IMG/VR virus record: IMGVR_UViG_2872174743_000006
Span: 1-52,691 of that record
DNA from: a virus
Taxonomy: Duplodnaviria; Heunggongvirae; Uroviricota; Caudoviricetes
Length of the DNA: 52,691 bases
Reading direction: 5' to 3' (one strand)
In this document: positions 1 to 9,544 of the stretch, in pieces
Position numbering within the stretch: position 1 is the stretch's first letter
How the letters are laid out: every line of letters begins with the position of its first letter
Notes under the pieces: generated by a model
Told to the model about the DNA's origin: nothing
What the model saw: the letters and a program-made list of their open reading frames with translations, nothing else
The model's database searches: none
Made by a program: the position numbers and the translations under genes

Positions 1-221
1 ACCCGCAAACCACACTTCCCTTTAAAACGCGTAACATACATTGCCTGCGTTTAACTTTCTTTGAACTCTTGCAGAAAAATGAGAATTCGTGAGTACAATC
101 ACTCAAAATCGCCTGGCAAAAATAAAATCACCCTATAAATGCACAAAAAACGGGCAAAACTACCTGGTTCGCAAAACTGCGTCTAAAGTTAAACCGGGAC
201 CTCGCGAGCAAGGGTGAGACG

Positions 222-287
222 ATGGCGCTTTACACAATTGGTGAAGTGGCGTTGCTTTGTGATATTAACCCTGTCACGTTACGCGCG
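222..287 (+). pseudogene. MerR-family HTH N-terminal fragment ending at an in-frame TGA
   Basis: Translates MALYTIGEVALLCDINPVTLRA then TGA where MerR-type regulators (MlrA/BluR-like, from memory) have the conserved Trp of LRAW; downstream frames do not continue the family. Confidence 0.3.
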
Positions 288-514
288 TGACGCAACATTT
301 TTAAAAATCGACGAAGACCGTCCAGGAGCGCCGTTTTTCAAGGGTTGGATAGATGATTCGTTTACCATGTCGACGAACTTCGACGAATTTCGCCGATAAA
401 AAGTGTCCCATACATGCCCCATTGATGCCCCATAAACAATATCAGGAATTGACACTGGTTATCCATACAGATAAAAATAACACCTGTACATAACTACAGT
501 TACAGGAGGGTGTT

Positions 515-763
515 ATGCGTGTTGAGATCTGTATCGCTAAAGAAAAAATCACTAAAATGCCAAACGGTGCTGTGGATGCGTTAAAGGAAGAATTAACCCG
601 ACGCATCAGTAAACGTTATGACGATGTAGAGGTGATCGTAAAAGCCACCAGCAACGATGGCCTTTCTGTTACGCGCACCGCCGATAAAGATTCAGCTAAA
701 ACTTTTGTTCAGGAGACTCTGAAAGATACCTGGAAGTCTGCTGACGAGTGGTTTTTTCACTAA
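515..763 (+). CDS. DinI-like family protein
   Basis: 82-aa ORF ([11 protein letters not shown]...SADEWFFH) with the same length and motif pattern as DinI (MRIEVTIAK...WESADDWF). Confidence 0.6.
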   Translation: MRVEICIAKEKITKMPNGAVDALKEELTRRISKRYDDVEVIVKATSNDGLSVTRTADKDSAKTFVQETLKDTWKSADEWFFH

Positions 764-866
764 TTAACACGTAAAATCGGTAACGGCTGGAAATCATTCA
801 ATACTCGCACTATCGAAAGTTCGCCAGCCAGCCGTGGCACGTTCTTGCATACGACGTGCTACGGTT

Positions 867-995
867 TCATTCATCTCCGACCGGAAACTTCTTATACAAA
901 GTCGATACGCCAACATCATAGATGATCACCACCTTCTGGCGAGAAACTCCTGATGCAATTTGTCGTCCGGCCTGTGCCTATTGCTCCGGCGTGAG
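867..995 (-). pseudogene. DNA invertase (Pin/Hin/Gin family) C-terminal HTH remnant
   Basis: Minus-strand translation LTPEQ*AQAGRQIASGVSRQKVVIIYDVGVSTLYKKFPVGDE matches the invertase C-terminal HTH; TAG sits where the family has Trp; no N-terminal catalytic part upstream. Confidence 0.45.
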
Positions 996-1079
996 AGTAA
1001 TACAGTAAACTGTAGAAAAAGCCCATTAAACCTAATATAATAATAAGTTACAGAATTATCTTTACTGAATAATAGATAT

Positions 1080-1625
1080 ATGAATATTAGTGAACTTAAA
1101 AAGTGTATACACTATGAAGTAATAGGTTGTAAACGCCCTTTCTCCTGGCGAAAAGCAATTGTTCGCGCAATAAAACACAGAAGATCACGTTATTTATTTT
1201 GGTGGCGCATAGCAAAATATCTTTTTGATAAAGGCGGATACCGGCGAAAGATTGCAGGAAAAATAGAACGCTTCATTCTTGATAAATACAATGTAACCGT
1301 TCCCTTAACTGTAAATATTGGTAAAGGGTTCGACATATCTTATCTCAATGGCGTTGTTATCGGTCACAAAGTTACAATAGGTGAAAATTGTTCAATTAAG
1401 CCTGGGGTAACTATTGGACTTCGCGGTGAATTTAATGATATGGATATTGTCATAGGAAATAATGTAACCATTGGCTGTAACGCCACCATCCTTGGTGGCA
1501 AAGTGCATATAGGGAATAATGTAAAAATAGGAGCTCATGCATTGGTACTGCATGACATTCCTGATGACTCCACATTCATTACCAAATTTCACTCTGAAAT
1601 TATTTATAATTCATCTCACACATAA
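1080..1625 (+). CDS. hexapeptide-repeat (left-handed beta-helix) acetyltransferase
   Basis: 181-aa ORF with tandem [LIV]-G-x-x-x-x hexapeptide repeats (VIGHKVTIGENCSIKPGVTIG...); visibly AT-rich relative to neighbours. Confidence 0.6.
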   Translation: MNISELKKCIHYEVIGCKRPFSWRKAIVRAIKHRRSRYLFWWRIAKYLFDKGGYRRKIAGKIERFILDKYNVTVPLTVNIGKGFDISYLNGVVIGHKVTIGENCSIKPGVTIGLRGEFNDMDIVIGNNVTIGCNATILGGKVHIGNNVKIGAHALVLHDIPDDSTFITKFHSEIIYNSSHT

Positions 1626-1635
1626 TTCCGTTTAA

Positions 1636-1893
1636 TCACAGCTCAGGCCATACGATATCCGGGGCTGTATTTATATCAATCCGACTCACTAATACCCGGT
1701 ATTTATTCCATGCCTCCAGCAACGATCTTTCTTCCTCCGTTGCGATTTCCAGATCTACAGCATCCTGCAGTGGCGCAATATACTCACTGAATTCCTGGAT
1801 ATAGAACTGTGTGGTGACGGTCTTCCAGCCATTCGGCTCCTGCTGTATCGAAGCATACCAGGCTATTTCAATATCGCTATGCTGCGGCAGCAT
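1636..1893 (-). pseudogene. tail fibre assembly protein (Tfa) C-terminal fragment
   Basis: 85-aa ORF ending ...[33 protein letters not shown], typical lambdoid Tfa C-terminus; no N-terminal half upstream. Confidence 0.55.
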
Positions 1894-2117
1894 TTAACCC
1901 CTTGTAATTCATCGCCATAATTGATTTAATTCACAAATAAAACCATAACATGGTGAAATCAATGAAAAAAAACACAGATGATGGGGCTAAAATTTACACA
2001 CCACTTACCCTAAAGCTTTATGACTGGTGGGTTTTGGGAGTATCAAATCGGCTTGCATGGGGGGTGATGCTGCCAACTTACTGATTTAGTGTATGATGGT
2101 GTTTTTGAGGTGCTCCA

Positions 2118-2393
2118 GTGGCTTCTGTTTCTATCAGCTGTCCCTCCTGTTCAGCTACTGACGGGGTGGTGCGTAACGGCAAAAGCACTGCCGGACATCA
2201 GCGCTATCTCTGCTCTCACTGCCGTAAAACATGGCAACTGCAGTTCACTTACACCGCTTCTCAACCCGGTACGCACCAGAAAATTATTGATATGGCCATG
2301 AATGGCGTTGGATGCCGGGCAACTGCACGCATTATGGGCGTTAGCCTCAACACGATTTTACGTCACTTAAAAAACTCAGGCCGCAGTCGGTAA
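2118..2393 (+). CDS. insA: IS1 InsA
   Basis: 91-aa [46 protein letters not shown]... Confidence 0.85.
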   Translation: MASVSISCPSCSATDGVVRNGKSTAGHQRYLCSHCRKTWQLQFTYTASQPGTHQKIIDMAMNGVGCRATARIMGVSLNTILRHLKNSGRSR

Positions 2394-2437
2394 CCTCGCG
2401 CATACAGCCGGGCAGTGACGTCATCGTCTGCGCGGAA

Positions 2438-2815
2438 ATGGACGAACAGTGGGGATACGTCGGGGCTAAATCGCGCCAGCGCTGGCTGTTTTACGCGTAT
2501 GACAGGCTCCGGAAGACGGTTGTTGCGCACGTATTCGGTGAACGCACTATGGCGACGCTGGGGCGTCTTATGAGCTTGCTGTCACCCTTTGACGTGGTGA
2601 TATGGATGACGGATGGCTGGCCACTGTATGAATCCCGCCTGAAGGGAAAGCTGCACGTAATCAGCAAGCGATATACGCAGCGAATTGAGCGGCATAACCT
2701 GAATCTGAGGCAGCACCTGGCACGGCTGGGACGGAAGTCGCTGTCGTTCTCAAAATCGGTGGAGCTGCATGACAAAGTCATCGGGCATTATCTGAACATA
2801 AAACACTATCAATAA
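2438..2815 (+). CDS. insB: IS1 InsB frame (expressed as InsAB' by frameshift)
   Basis: [25 protein letters not shown]... downstream of insA in the -1 frame. Confidence 0.8.
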   Translation: MDEQWGYVGAKSRQRWLFYAYDRLRKTVVAHVFGERTMATLGRLMSLLSPFDVVIWMTDGWPLYESRLKGKLHVISKRYTQRIERHNLNLRQHLARLGRKSLSFSKSVELHDKVIGHYLNIKHYQ

Positions 2816-3261
2816 GTTGGAGTCATTACCTGCATGGGGATGTCCTACAAAGGAACACCTTCTTCCACACTTTCTGGAACATGTAGGTAACAACCATCTG
2901 GATATTGGTGTTGGAACTGGGTTTTACCTTACTCACGTACCTGAGAGTAGTCTGATATCTTTAATGGATTTGAACGAAGCTAGTCTGAACGCGGCATCTA
3001 CAAGGGCTGGGGAATCAAAAATTAAACATAAAATTAGCCATGATGTTTTTGAACCTTATCCCGCGGCGTTACATGGTCAATTTGATTCCATTTCCATGTT
3101 TTACCTTCTTCACTGCCTGCCTGGAAATATATCTACAAAAAGCTGTGTAATACGCAATGCGGCGCAGGCGTAAGCGTACAGCCTGAACCGTCTGGTCAGA
3201 ATCTGACGAATTAGACAAAGTGGTGTCCACCAAATAAGTAGTGGGAACCAAAGTGTCAGAT

Positions 3262-3641
3262 ATGCAGAAAAATGTGAATCCCGGCAGGCGAAAAGGCTGC
3301 CCTAATTATCCTCCCGAATTTAAACAGCAGCTCGTTGCTGCCTCCTGTGAACCCGGGATATCCATCTCAAAACTTGCTCTGAAAATGGCATTAACGCCAA
3401 TCTGTTGTTCAAATGGCGACAACAATGGCGCGAGGGAAAGCTGCTATTACCTTCTTCAGAGAGCCCCCAGCTACTTCCTGTGACTCTCGATGCAGCTGCC
3501 GAACAGCCAGAATCGCTCGCAGAGGATCCGGAAACCCTCAGTATCAGCTGTGAGGTAACGTTCCGGCACGGGACGCTCCGCTTCAATGGCAATGTCAGCG
3601 AAAAGCTCCTGACTCTGCTGATACAGGAACTGAAGCGATGA
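3262..3641 (+). pseudogene. IS66-family tnpA with apparent frameshift
   Basis: N-terminal part MQKNVNPGRRKGCPNYPPEFKQQLVAASCEPGISISKLAL and C-terminal part FKWRQQWREGKLLLP... are in different frames (ORFs 3241-3483 and 3405-3641). Confidence 0.55.
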
Positions 3642-3985
3642 TCCCGTTACCTTCCGGGACCAAAATTTGGCTGGTTGCCGGTATCACCGATATGAGAAAT
3701 GGCTTCAACGGCCTGGCGGCAAAGGTGCAGACGACGCTGAAAGACGCTCCGATGTCAGGTCACGTTTTTATCTTCCGTGGGCGTAATGGCAGTCAGGTAA
3801 AGCTCCTCTGGTCTACCGGCGATGGACTGTGTCTGCTGACCAAACGGCTGGAGCGCGGCCGCTTCGCCTGGCCGTCAGCCCGGGATGGCAAAGTGTTCCT
3901 CACACCGGCACAGCTGGCGATGCTCCTTGAAAGTATCGACTGGCGGCAGCCTAAAAGACTGCTTACGTCCCTGACTATGTTGTAA
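3638..3985 (+). CDS. IS66-family TnpB
   Basis: 115-aa ORF MIPLPSGTKIWLVAGITDMRNGFNGLAAKVQ... Confidence 0.8.
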   Translation: MIPLPSGTKIWLVAGITDMRNGFNGLAAKVQTTLKDAPMSGHVFIFRGRNGSQVKLLWSTGDGLCLLTKRLERGRFAWPSARDGKVFLTPAQLAMLLESIDWRQPKRLLTSLTML

Positions 3986-4033
3986 GCCTCTTTATCCTGG
4001 TCGACGCTGAATGAGCCTGGTAATATACCCGGT

Positions 4034-5572
4034 ATGAGCAGCTCACTTCCTGACGATATCAATGCACTGAAACGTCTCCTTGCCGAACAGGAGGCGCTGA
4101 ACCGTGCCCTGCTGGAAAAGCTGAACGAGCGTGAACGCGAAATAGACCATCTGCAGGCACAGCTGGATAAGCTGCGCCGGATGAACTTCGGCAGCCGCTC
4201 CGAAAAAGTCTCCCGTCGTATCGCACAGATGGAAGCTGACCTGAAGGCACTTCAGAAAGAAAGTGATACCCTTACCGGTCGGGTTGACGACCCGGCCGTG
4301 CAGCGCCCGCTGCGTCAAACCCGCACCCGCAAACCGTTCCCCGAATCACTCCCCCGCGATGAAAAACGGCTGCTGCCGGCAGCGTCATGCTGCCCGGAAT
4401 GTGGAGGCTCACTGAGCTATCCGGGTGAGGATGCCGCCGAACAGCTGGAGTTGATGCGCAGCGTCTTCCGGGTTATCCGGACTGTACGTGAAAAGCATGC
4501 CTGTACTCAGTGCGATGCCATCGTGCAGGCCCCCGCGCCTTCACGGCCCATCGAGCGGGGTATCGCAGGACCGGGGCTGCTGGCCCGCGTGCTGATCTCA
4601 AAGTATGCAGAGCACACCCCGCTGTACCGCCAGTCTGAAATGTACGGCCGCCAGGGCGTGGAGCTGAGTCGTTCACTGCTGTCGGGCTGGGTGGATGCAT
4701 GCTGCCGGCTACTGTCACCGCTGGAAGAAGCGCTTCAGGACTATGTGCTGACTGACGGTAAGCTCCATGCTGATGACACGCCTGTCCCGGTGCTGTTGCC
4801 AGGCAATAAGAAAACGAAGACCGGGCGGTTATGGACCTACGTTCGTGACGACCGTAACGCCGGGTCAACGCTGGCGCCGGCGGTGTGGTTCGCTTACAGC
4901 CCGGACAGAAAAGGCATCCATCCGCAGACCCATCTTGCGGGGTTCAGTGGTGTACTGCAGGCGGATGCATACGCCGGGTTCAACGAGCTGTACCGGGATG
5001 GCCGGATAACGGAAGCCGCCTGTTGGGCTCACGCCCGCCGTAAAATCCACGATGTGCACGTTCGCACCCCGTCAGCCCTGACGGAGGAAGCGCTGAAACG
5101 GATCGGCGAACTGTACGCCATCGAGGCAGAGATAAGGGGAATGACGGCGGAGCAGCGCCTTGCCGAACGTCAGTTGAAAACGAAACCGCTGCTGAAATCC
5201 CTGGAAAGCTGGCTGCGTGAAAAGATGAAAACCCTGTCGCGACACTCAGAACTGGCGAAAGCGTTCGCATACGCCCTGAACCAGTGGCCGGCGCTGACGT
5301 ACTATGCAGATGATGGCTGGGCTGAGGCGGACAATAACATCGCTGAAAATGCGTTGCGGATGGTCAGTCTGGGCCGCAAAAACTACCTGTTCTTCGGTTC
5401 GGATCATGGAGGAGAGCGGGGAGCGCTGCTGTACAGCCTGATCGGGACGTGCAAACTGAACGGAGTGGAGCCAGAAAGCTACCTCCGCTATGTACTTGAC
5501 GTCATAGCCGACTGGCCGATAAACCGGGTCGGCGAACTGCTCCCCTGGCGCGTAGCACTGCCGACTGAATAA
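4034..5572 (+). CDS. IS66-family transposase TnpC
   Basis: 512-aa ORF with N-terminal coiled coil, Cys cluster (CPECG...CTQCD) and conserved C-terminal region. Confidence 0.85.
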   Translation: MSSSLPDDINALKRLLAEQEALNRALLEKLNEREREIDHLQAQLDKLRRMNFGSRSEKVSRRIAQMEADLKALQKESDTLTGRVDDPAVQRPLRQTRTRKPFPESLPRDEKRLLPAASCCPECGGSLSYPGEDAAEQLELMRSVFRVIRTVREKHACTQCDAIVQAPAPSRPIERGIAGPGLLARVLISKYAEHTPLYRQSEMYGRQGVELSRSLLSGWVDACCRLLSPLEEALQDYVLTDGKLHADDTPVPVLLPGNKKTKTGRLWTYVRDDRNAGSTLAPAVWFAYSPDRKGIHPQTHLAGFSGVLQADAYAGFNELYRDGRITEAACWAHARRKIHDVHVRTPSALTEEALKRIGELYAIEAEIRGMTAEQRLAERQLKTKPLLKSLESWLREKMKTLSRHSELAKAFAYALNQWPALTYYADDGWAEADNNIAENALRMVSLGRKNYLFFGSDHGGERGALLYSLIGTCKLNGVEPESYLRYVLDVIADWPINRVGELLPWRVALPTE

Positions 5573-5609
5573 CACATCCCCGTCAATACGGTTCTTGCTG
5601 CACGCTTAC

Positions 5610-5861
5610 AACTGTTACGACAACGCTCCGATGGAAAGCTTCTGGGGAACGCTGAAAAATGAGAGCCTGAGCCACTATCGTTTTAATAACCGGGATGAAG
5701 CCATCTCAGTAATACGGGAATACATTGAGATTTTCTACAATCGTCAGCGTCGTCACTCTCGTCTGGGGAATATCTCCCCGGCAGCCTTCAGGGAAAAATA
5801 TCATCAGATGGCTGCTTAAAAAAAGAACAAATGGTAGTGTCCGCTATTGCCAGTACACCTC
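5610..5861 (+). mobile_element. IS600 (IS3 family) 3' fragment: orfB C-terminus plus right terminal repeat
   Basis: Encodes ...CYDNAPMESFWGTLKNESLSHYRFNNRDEAISVIREYIEIFYNRQRRHSRLGNISPAAFREKYHQMAA then an IR-like end at about 5861; directly abuts the IS66 element. Confidence 0.6.
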
Positions 5862-6136
5862 ATGTGGTTTGGGTTCGTAGTCGCTCTGAACTTGCGTTTC
5901 TGCTTACAGCGTAGCCTTAGCTCCTTACGAAGACGTGCCAGTCGGTCACGACCAACGATGATGCCATTCTCTGCCAGCTCCGTCTGGAGCCGCCGGGTTC
6001 CATATGTTTCGCGAGTGCGGATATGTGCCACCTTAATCTCCAGTTTTAGCCGCTCATCACTTTGTTTTCTGTCTGAGGGTTCATGCTGTACCCAGTTGTA
6101 ATAACCGCTCCTGGATACACCAAATACCTGACACAT
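5862..6136 (-). pseudogene. IS600 orfB, N-terminal part only
   Basis: MCQVFGVSRSGYYNWVQHEPSDRKQSDERLKLEIKVAHIRTRETYGTRRLQTELAENGII... then diverges after ...TTNPNH. Confidence 0.6.
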
Positions 6137-6171
6137 CGCTTCAATGGGAAATTGTTGTCGCCATTGTTCGA

Positions 6172-6474
6172 TTAACGCGTATTTTTCAGCGACTCCTGTG
6201 CAAAATACGCTGTTGCTTTTTTTAATATATCTCGCTCAAGGCGAGCTTCATTTAACGCCTTACGCAGTTGCAGAATTTCAGATTCCAGTTCAGCCACCGT
6301 GCGGGAACCAGGAGTACCGAGCCCTTTTCTGGCGGCGGTAACCCATTGTCCTAAAGTGCCTTCAGGAAGGGATAATCGGGAAGCGCCTTCACTGATCGAA
6401 AGTTGATTTTCAAGAACCGTTCTGACAGCTTCGGCTTTGAACTCTTTAGAGTAACGTTGGTTTTTTCTGCTCAT
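6172..6474 (-). CDS. IS600 OrfA
   Basis: 100-aa ORF MSRKNQRYSKEFKAEAVRTVLENQLSISEGASRLSLPEGTLGQWV..., IS3-family OrfA. Confidence 0.8.
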   Translation of the reverse strand: MSRKNQRYSKEFKAEAVRTVLENQLSISEGASRLSLPEGTLGQWVTAARKGLGTPGSRTVAELESEILQLRKALNEARLERDILKKATAYFAQESLKNTR

Positions 6475-6538
6475 TATTAGCTCCTTCTGATGCCATTCTA
6501 TTTCAGGAAGGAGTGTCCGTTAAACTCAGGCTACCTCA

Positions 6539-6587
6539 GTTCAACGGTTTTTGGATTACCTGCGACAATGTTTTTTAAATGCTGCAT
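6539..6587 (-). pseudogene. tfa: tail fibre assembly gene N-terminal remnant (about 16 codons) truncated by IS600
   Basis: ATG at 6585-6587 (minus), 5 bp after the stf stop, reads MQHLKNIVAGNPKT (lambdoid Tfa N-terminus) then runs into the IS600 end. Confidence 0.5.
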
Positions 6588-6589
6588 GA

Positions 6590-9406
6590 TTATACCTGCG
6601 ATACGTTATACCATGTTCCGTTAATTAACTTTTGTATTGGTCTGAATACTGCCGGATCATCACCATCGACTTCACCGATAATACCAAGCCCCGTGATTAC
6701 ATGGCCTGATTTTTCATACATCACGCCTTTCTTCATGGTCTGAACAACTCGTGTGCCAAGTCTGACATCTCTCACATAGCGGGAATCAAAGTTACCGTAA
6801 TCCGAGGGATTAACACGTCCCGTAATATTTATGGTTTTATTACTTTGAATGCTTCCGGAGACAAAGCGCATAACATGGACGTTATTAGCATAAACATCCA
6901 GATTACCATCGCCATTTTGTTTAAAGCCCGTATCATTATCACCCAATACAATCGAATTACCGCCAAGAGCACTGGCTGTTCCGATACCCAGTGCACCATT
7001 CAGTTGACCACCAGATAACGGCAGTGCACCAACATCTCCTGCTGAAGGTTTTCTGGTGGTGGTGTAAAATTCGGACCAGTCGGCTTCAAAACCATAACCA
7101 TCACGGGCTGAACGATAAAAAATACCGCCATTTTTATAATTAATCCGAAACTGAGCTGCAGGACAACTTCCTTCTCCCATATAAAAATGAATAATTAACG
7201 TTGATGCACCTCTAATAGTTGCGTTATAGGCTCCGCTACTCCAGTTCCATCCAACTGCTTTATCATTCGCAACGGTGCTTCCTGTTTTCCCTAAGGCAAA
7301 CGCACCAACATGACTTGCTTTTAATGTGATATCGGAGGAACCATCAAAAGCCACATTGCTTATTTTCCTGGCAGTTTTTAATTTTGCAGCTGTAGAAGCA
7401 TTGCCGGATAGTTCACCAGAAAGGCCACCGCTGAATGTTTGTCGATTAGTCCAGGTATTCGCTGTACTGAGTAACGGTATTTTCTCCCCGCTTGTGCCGA
7501 GTTCTCGTAAACCGAGGTATTCGATAACGGCAGCAACAGTCGATTTCGCAAGAATATCCCGCCCGACTTTTGTCAGGGTTGCCAGGCTGGCGACATCATT
7601 CCCCGTAAAATACGGAAACTTGTCTGCCGCAGTAGTAAGCCCGGCCAGCGCCGTCAGGGTGGCATCTTTCGGTTGCTTACCCGCAAGCGCGTTAGTCATG
7701 GTGGTCGCAACATTCGGGTCGTTTCCCAGCGCCGCCGCTAACTCGTTCAGCGTATTCAGTGCGTCAGGTGACGAATCTACAAGGGCGGCAATCGCAGCCA
7801 TAACGAAAGCCGTGCTTGCGATTTGGGTATTATTCGTTCCCTGTCGCGCAGTTGGTGTTGTTGGCGTTCCGGTCAGTGCAGGACTATTTAAGGGCGCTTT
7901 CTTGTTCGTTTCACCCATTACCGCCTTAACCGCTTTTGGCGTTGCCGCCAGTGACTCGGAAGTGCTGTTGGTCGCACTGCTGAGCTGTACTATCCCCTTT
8001 TTCGTCGTGCTCGCATCCTCCAGCGCCACGGCGGATGCAATATCCTCTGCCCGTTTTGCTGCTGTCTCGGCGCGCGTTGCCGCGGATTCCGCCGTACTTT
8101 TGCTCTGAGCTGCCGCCGTCGCACTACCAGCTGCCTCTGATGCTTTCATTGTTGCTGTCGTGGCACTACCTTTCGCTGCTGACGCTTGTCTGGTCGCCTC
8201 ATCTTTTGAAGCAGACGCAGATGATGCCGATGACGCCGCTGAACTGGCTGACGATGCGGCTGCCGCCTTAGAGGAAGCAGCATTGTCTGCTGAAGTCTTT
8301 GCATTTGTTTCAGAGGTTTTTGCTGCAGAAGCAGACCTCGCTGCTGCAGTGGCTTGCTCAGTGGCTTTGCCAGCCTTCGTTGTGGCTGTTGAAGCGGATG
8401 ATGCGGCGCTTTCTGCCGATTTTCCGGCGGCGCTAGCACTGGCTGAGGCCTGCCCGGCACTTGTTGACGCGGCACTGGCAGACGACGCGGCCGCTGTTTT
8501 TGAGCCTGCCGCAGCTGAGGCGCTCTGTCCCGCTGCTGTTTCAGAAGACTTAGCGTTCGTCTCGGACGTTTTTGCCGCCTTCGCGGAATTTCCTGCCACC
8601 GTTGCCGAGGAAGCTGCACTACTGGCACTTGATGATGCATTCGTTTCTGAAGATTTCGCTGCCTCTTTTGAAGCCGCCGCACCCCGTGCCGAGGTGGCAG
8701 CTTCTGACGCCTTCGTGGTCGCTGTGGATGCAGAAGTGGCTGCCGATTTTTGTGATGCTGCGGCATTCGTTTCTGACGTTTTCGCGGCACTGGCGCTGGT
8801 AGCTGCCGCGCTTTTTGATGACTCTGCAGCAGCAGCACTTTTTGCTGCTTCACGGGCCTTTGTCGATGCCGTTCCTGCGCTGGAAGACGCTGACTGAGCC
8901 GACGACGCGGCCTGTCCGGCTGACGTGCTTGCGGCACGTGCTGAGGCTGCAGCATCGGTTGCATGAGTTGCCGCCTCGCTGGCTGATGCACTGGCATCGC
9001 TGGCTGATTTTTTCGCGGCTGCCGTATTCTGTGCAACCGCGGAGGCGTTACGTGACACCTCTTCCACCATCTGCTCAAAGCGGCGCAGTGCCTCCGGTCG
9101 GACATCATCCTCCGTCATGGCACCGAGAAAATCATTTAGCGTACCTGGTCTGGAACCTTCATAGACGGTAATGGTCCCGGCATGTGAAGGCGGAAAACCT
9201 TCAACCAGCAGGGTGACGCTGTACTGACCATGCTCAACATCCATGCTGTAACGTCCGGCTTCATCCGGATTTTCAGAGGCCACCGTGTTCACCACCACCG
9301 TGCTGCTGGTTCGTCTGGCCTTCAGCACAATGGTGCAGTTCTGTACTGGTTTTCCTGTGCCATCTTTAAGCACGCCAGAAATTTTTACTGTCATACTTTC
9401 CACCAA
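6590..9406 (-). CDS. stf: side tail fibre protein
   Basis: 938-aa ORF: conserved N-terminal domain (MTVKISGVLKDGTGKPVQNCTI...), long Ala/Ser-rich repeat region, globular C-terminal domain; follows lom as in lambda. Confidence 0.8.
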   Translation of the reverse strand: MVESMTVKISGVLKDGTGKPVQNCTIVLKARRTSSTVVVNTVASENPDEAGRYSMDVEHGQYSVTLLVEGFPPSHAGTITVYEGSRPGTLNDFLGAMTEDDVRPEALRRFEQMVEEVSRNASAVAQNTAAAKKSASDASASASEAATHATDAAASARAASTSAGQAASSAQSASSSAGTASTKAREAAKSAAAAESSKSAAATSASAAKTSETNAAASQKSAATSASTATTKASEAATSARGAAASKEAAKSSETNASSSASSAASSATVAGNSAKAAKTSETNAKSSETAAGQSASAAAGSKTAAASSASAASTSAGQASASASAAGKSAESAASSASTATTKAGKATEQATAAARSASAAKTSETNAKTSADNAASSKAAAASSASSAASSASSASASKDEATRQASAAKGSATTATMKASEAAGSATAAAQSKSTAESAATRAETAAKRAEDIASAVALEDASTTKKGIVQLSSATNSTSESLAATPKAVKAVMGETNKKAPLNSPALTGTPTTPTARQGTNNTQIASTAFVMAAIAALVDSSPDALNTLNELAAALGNDPNVATTMTNALAGKQPKDATLTALAGLTTAADKFPYFTGNDVASLATLTKVGRDILAKSTVAAVIEYLGLRELGTSGEKIPLLSTANTWTNRQTFSGGLSGELSGNASTAAKLKTARKISNVAFDGSSDITLKASHVGAFALGKTGSTVANDKAVGWNWSSGAYNATIRGASTLIIHFYMGEGSCPAAQFRINYKNGGIFYRSARDGYGFEADWSEFYTTTRKPSAGDVGALPLSGGQLNGALGIGTASALGGNSIVLGDNDTGFKQNGDGNLDVYANNVHVMRFVSGSIQSNKTINITGRVNPSDYGNFDSRYVRDVRLGTRVVQTMKKGVMYEKSGHVITGLGIIGEVDGDDPAVFRPIQKLINGTWYNVSQV
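8000..9055. repeat. low-complexity Ala/Ser-rich coding repeats inside stf
   Basis: Protein motif AAKTSETNA three times plus related units; several frames on both strands are open across this stretch in the ORF track. Confidence 0.5.
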
Positions 9407-9544
9407 TAAAAAAAGCCCGCAGCAGTGACGCCACGGGCTTCAGGACAGTGTAACTTTACGTTTCCTCAAACGCAGTTCACCCCATAAGGTGGATGAACCT
9501 GCGTATCATAACAATATTTACAGAAGATAAATCGGCGTCTGTTG

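Larger units (their letters stand above)
2063..2830 (+). mobile_element. IS1 copy 1 (768 bp) with 9-bp target site duplication TGCATGGGG
   Basis: Ends GGTGATGCTGCCAACTTACTGAT...GGAGTCATTACC; identical 9-mers at 2054-2062 and 2831-2839; insA and insB inside. Confidence 0.9.
1950..3173 (+). pseudogene. SAM-dependent methyltransferase-like gene split by IS1 and truncated by the IS66-family element
   Basis: Joining the flanks across the IS1 target duplication gives a continuous frame MVKSMKKNTDDGAKIYTPLTLKLYDWWVLGVSNRLAWGCPTKEHLL...DIGVGTGFYL; the stop at 3171-3173 lies inside the IS66 terminal repeat. Confidence 0.4.
3170..5609 (+). mobile_element. IS66-family insertion sequence (ISEc8-like), about 2.44 kb
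   Basis: Terminal repeats beginning GTAAGCGTACAGCC (left) and ending GCTGCACGCTTAC (right); three-gene tnpA-tnpB-tnpC set; flanking 8-mers do not match. Confidence 0.8.
5862..6538 (-). mobile_element. partial IS600 copy (orfA plus 5' part of orfB), truncated at 5862
   Basis: Left end TGAGGTAGCCTGAGTTTAACGGACACTCC at about 6538 (minus); orfB homology stops exactly at the junction with the plus-strand IS600 fragment. Confidence 0.65.

Noticed and set aside
7326-9108. Long ORFs on both strands inside stf (7326-8108 +, 8146-9108 -, 8160-8897 +, 8815-9171 +)
   Set aside because: They lie within the Ala/Ser repeat block of the tail fibre gene; their translations are Pro/Arg/Gln- or Ala/Asp-rich low-complexity strings, a compositional artefact.
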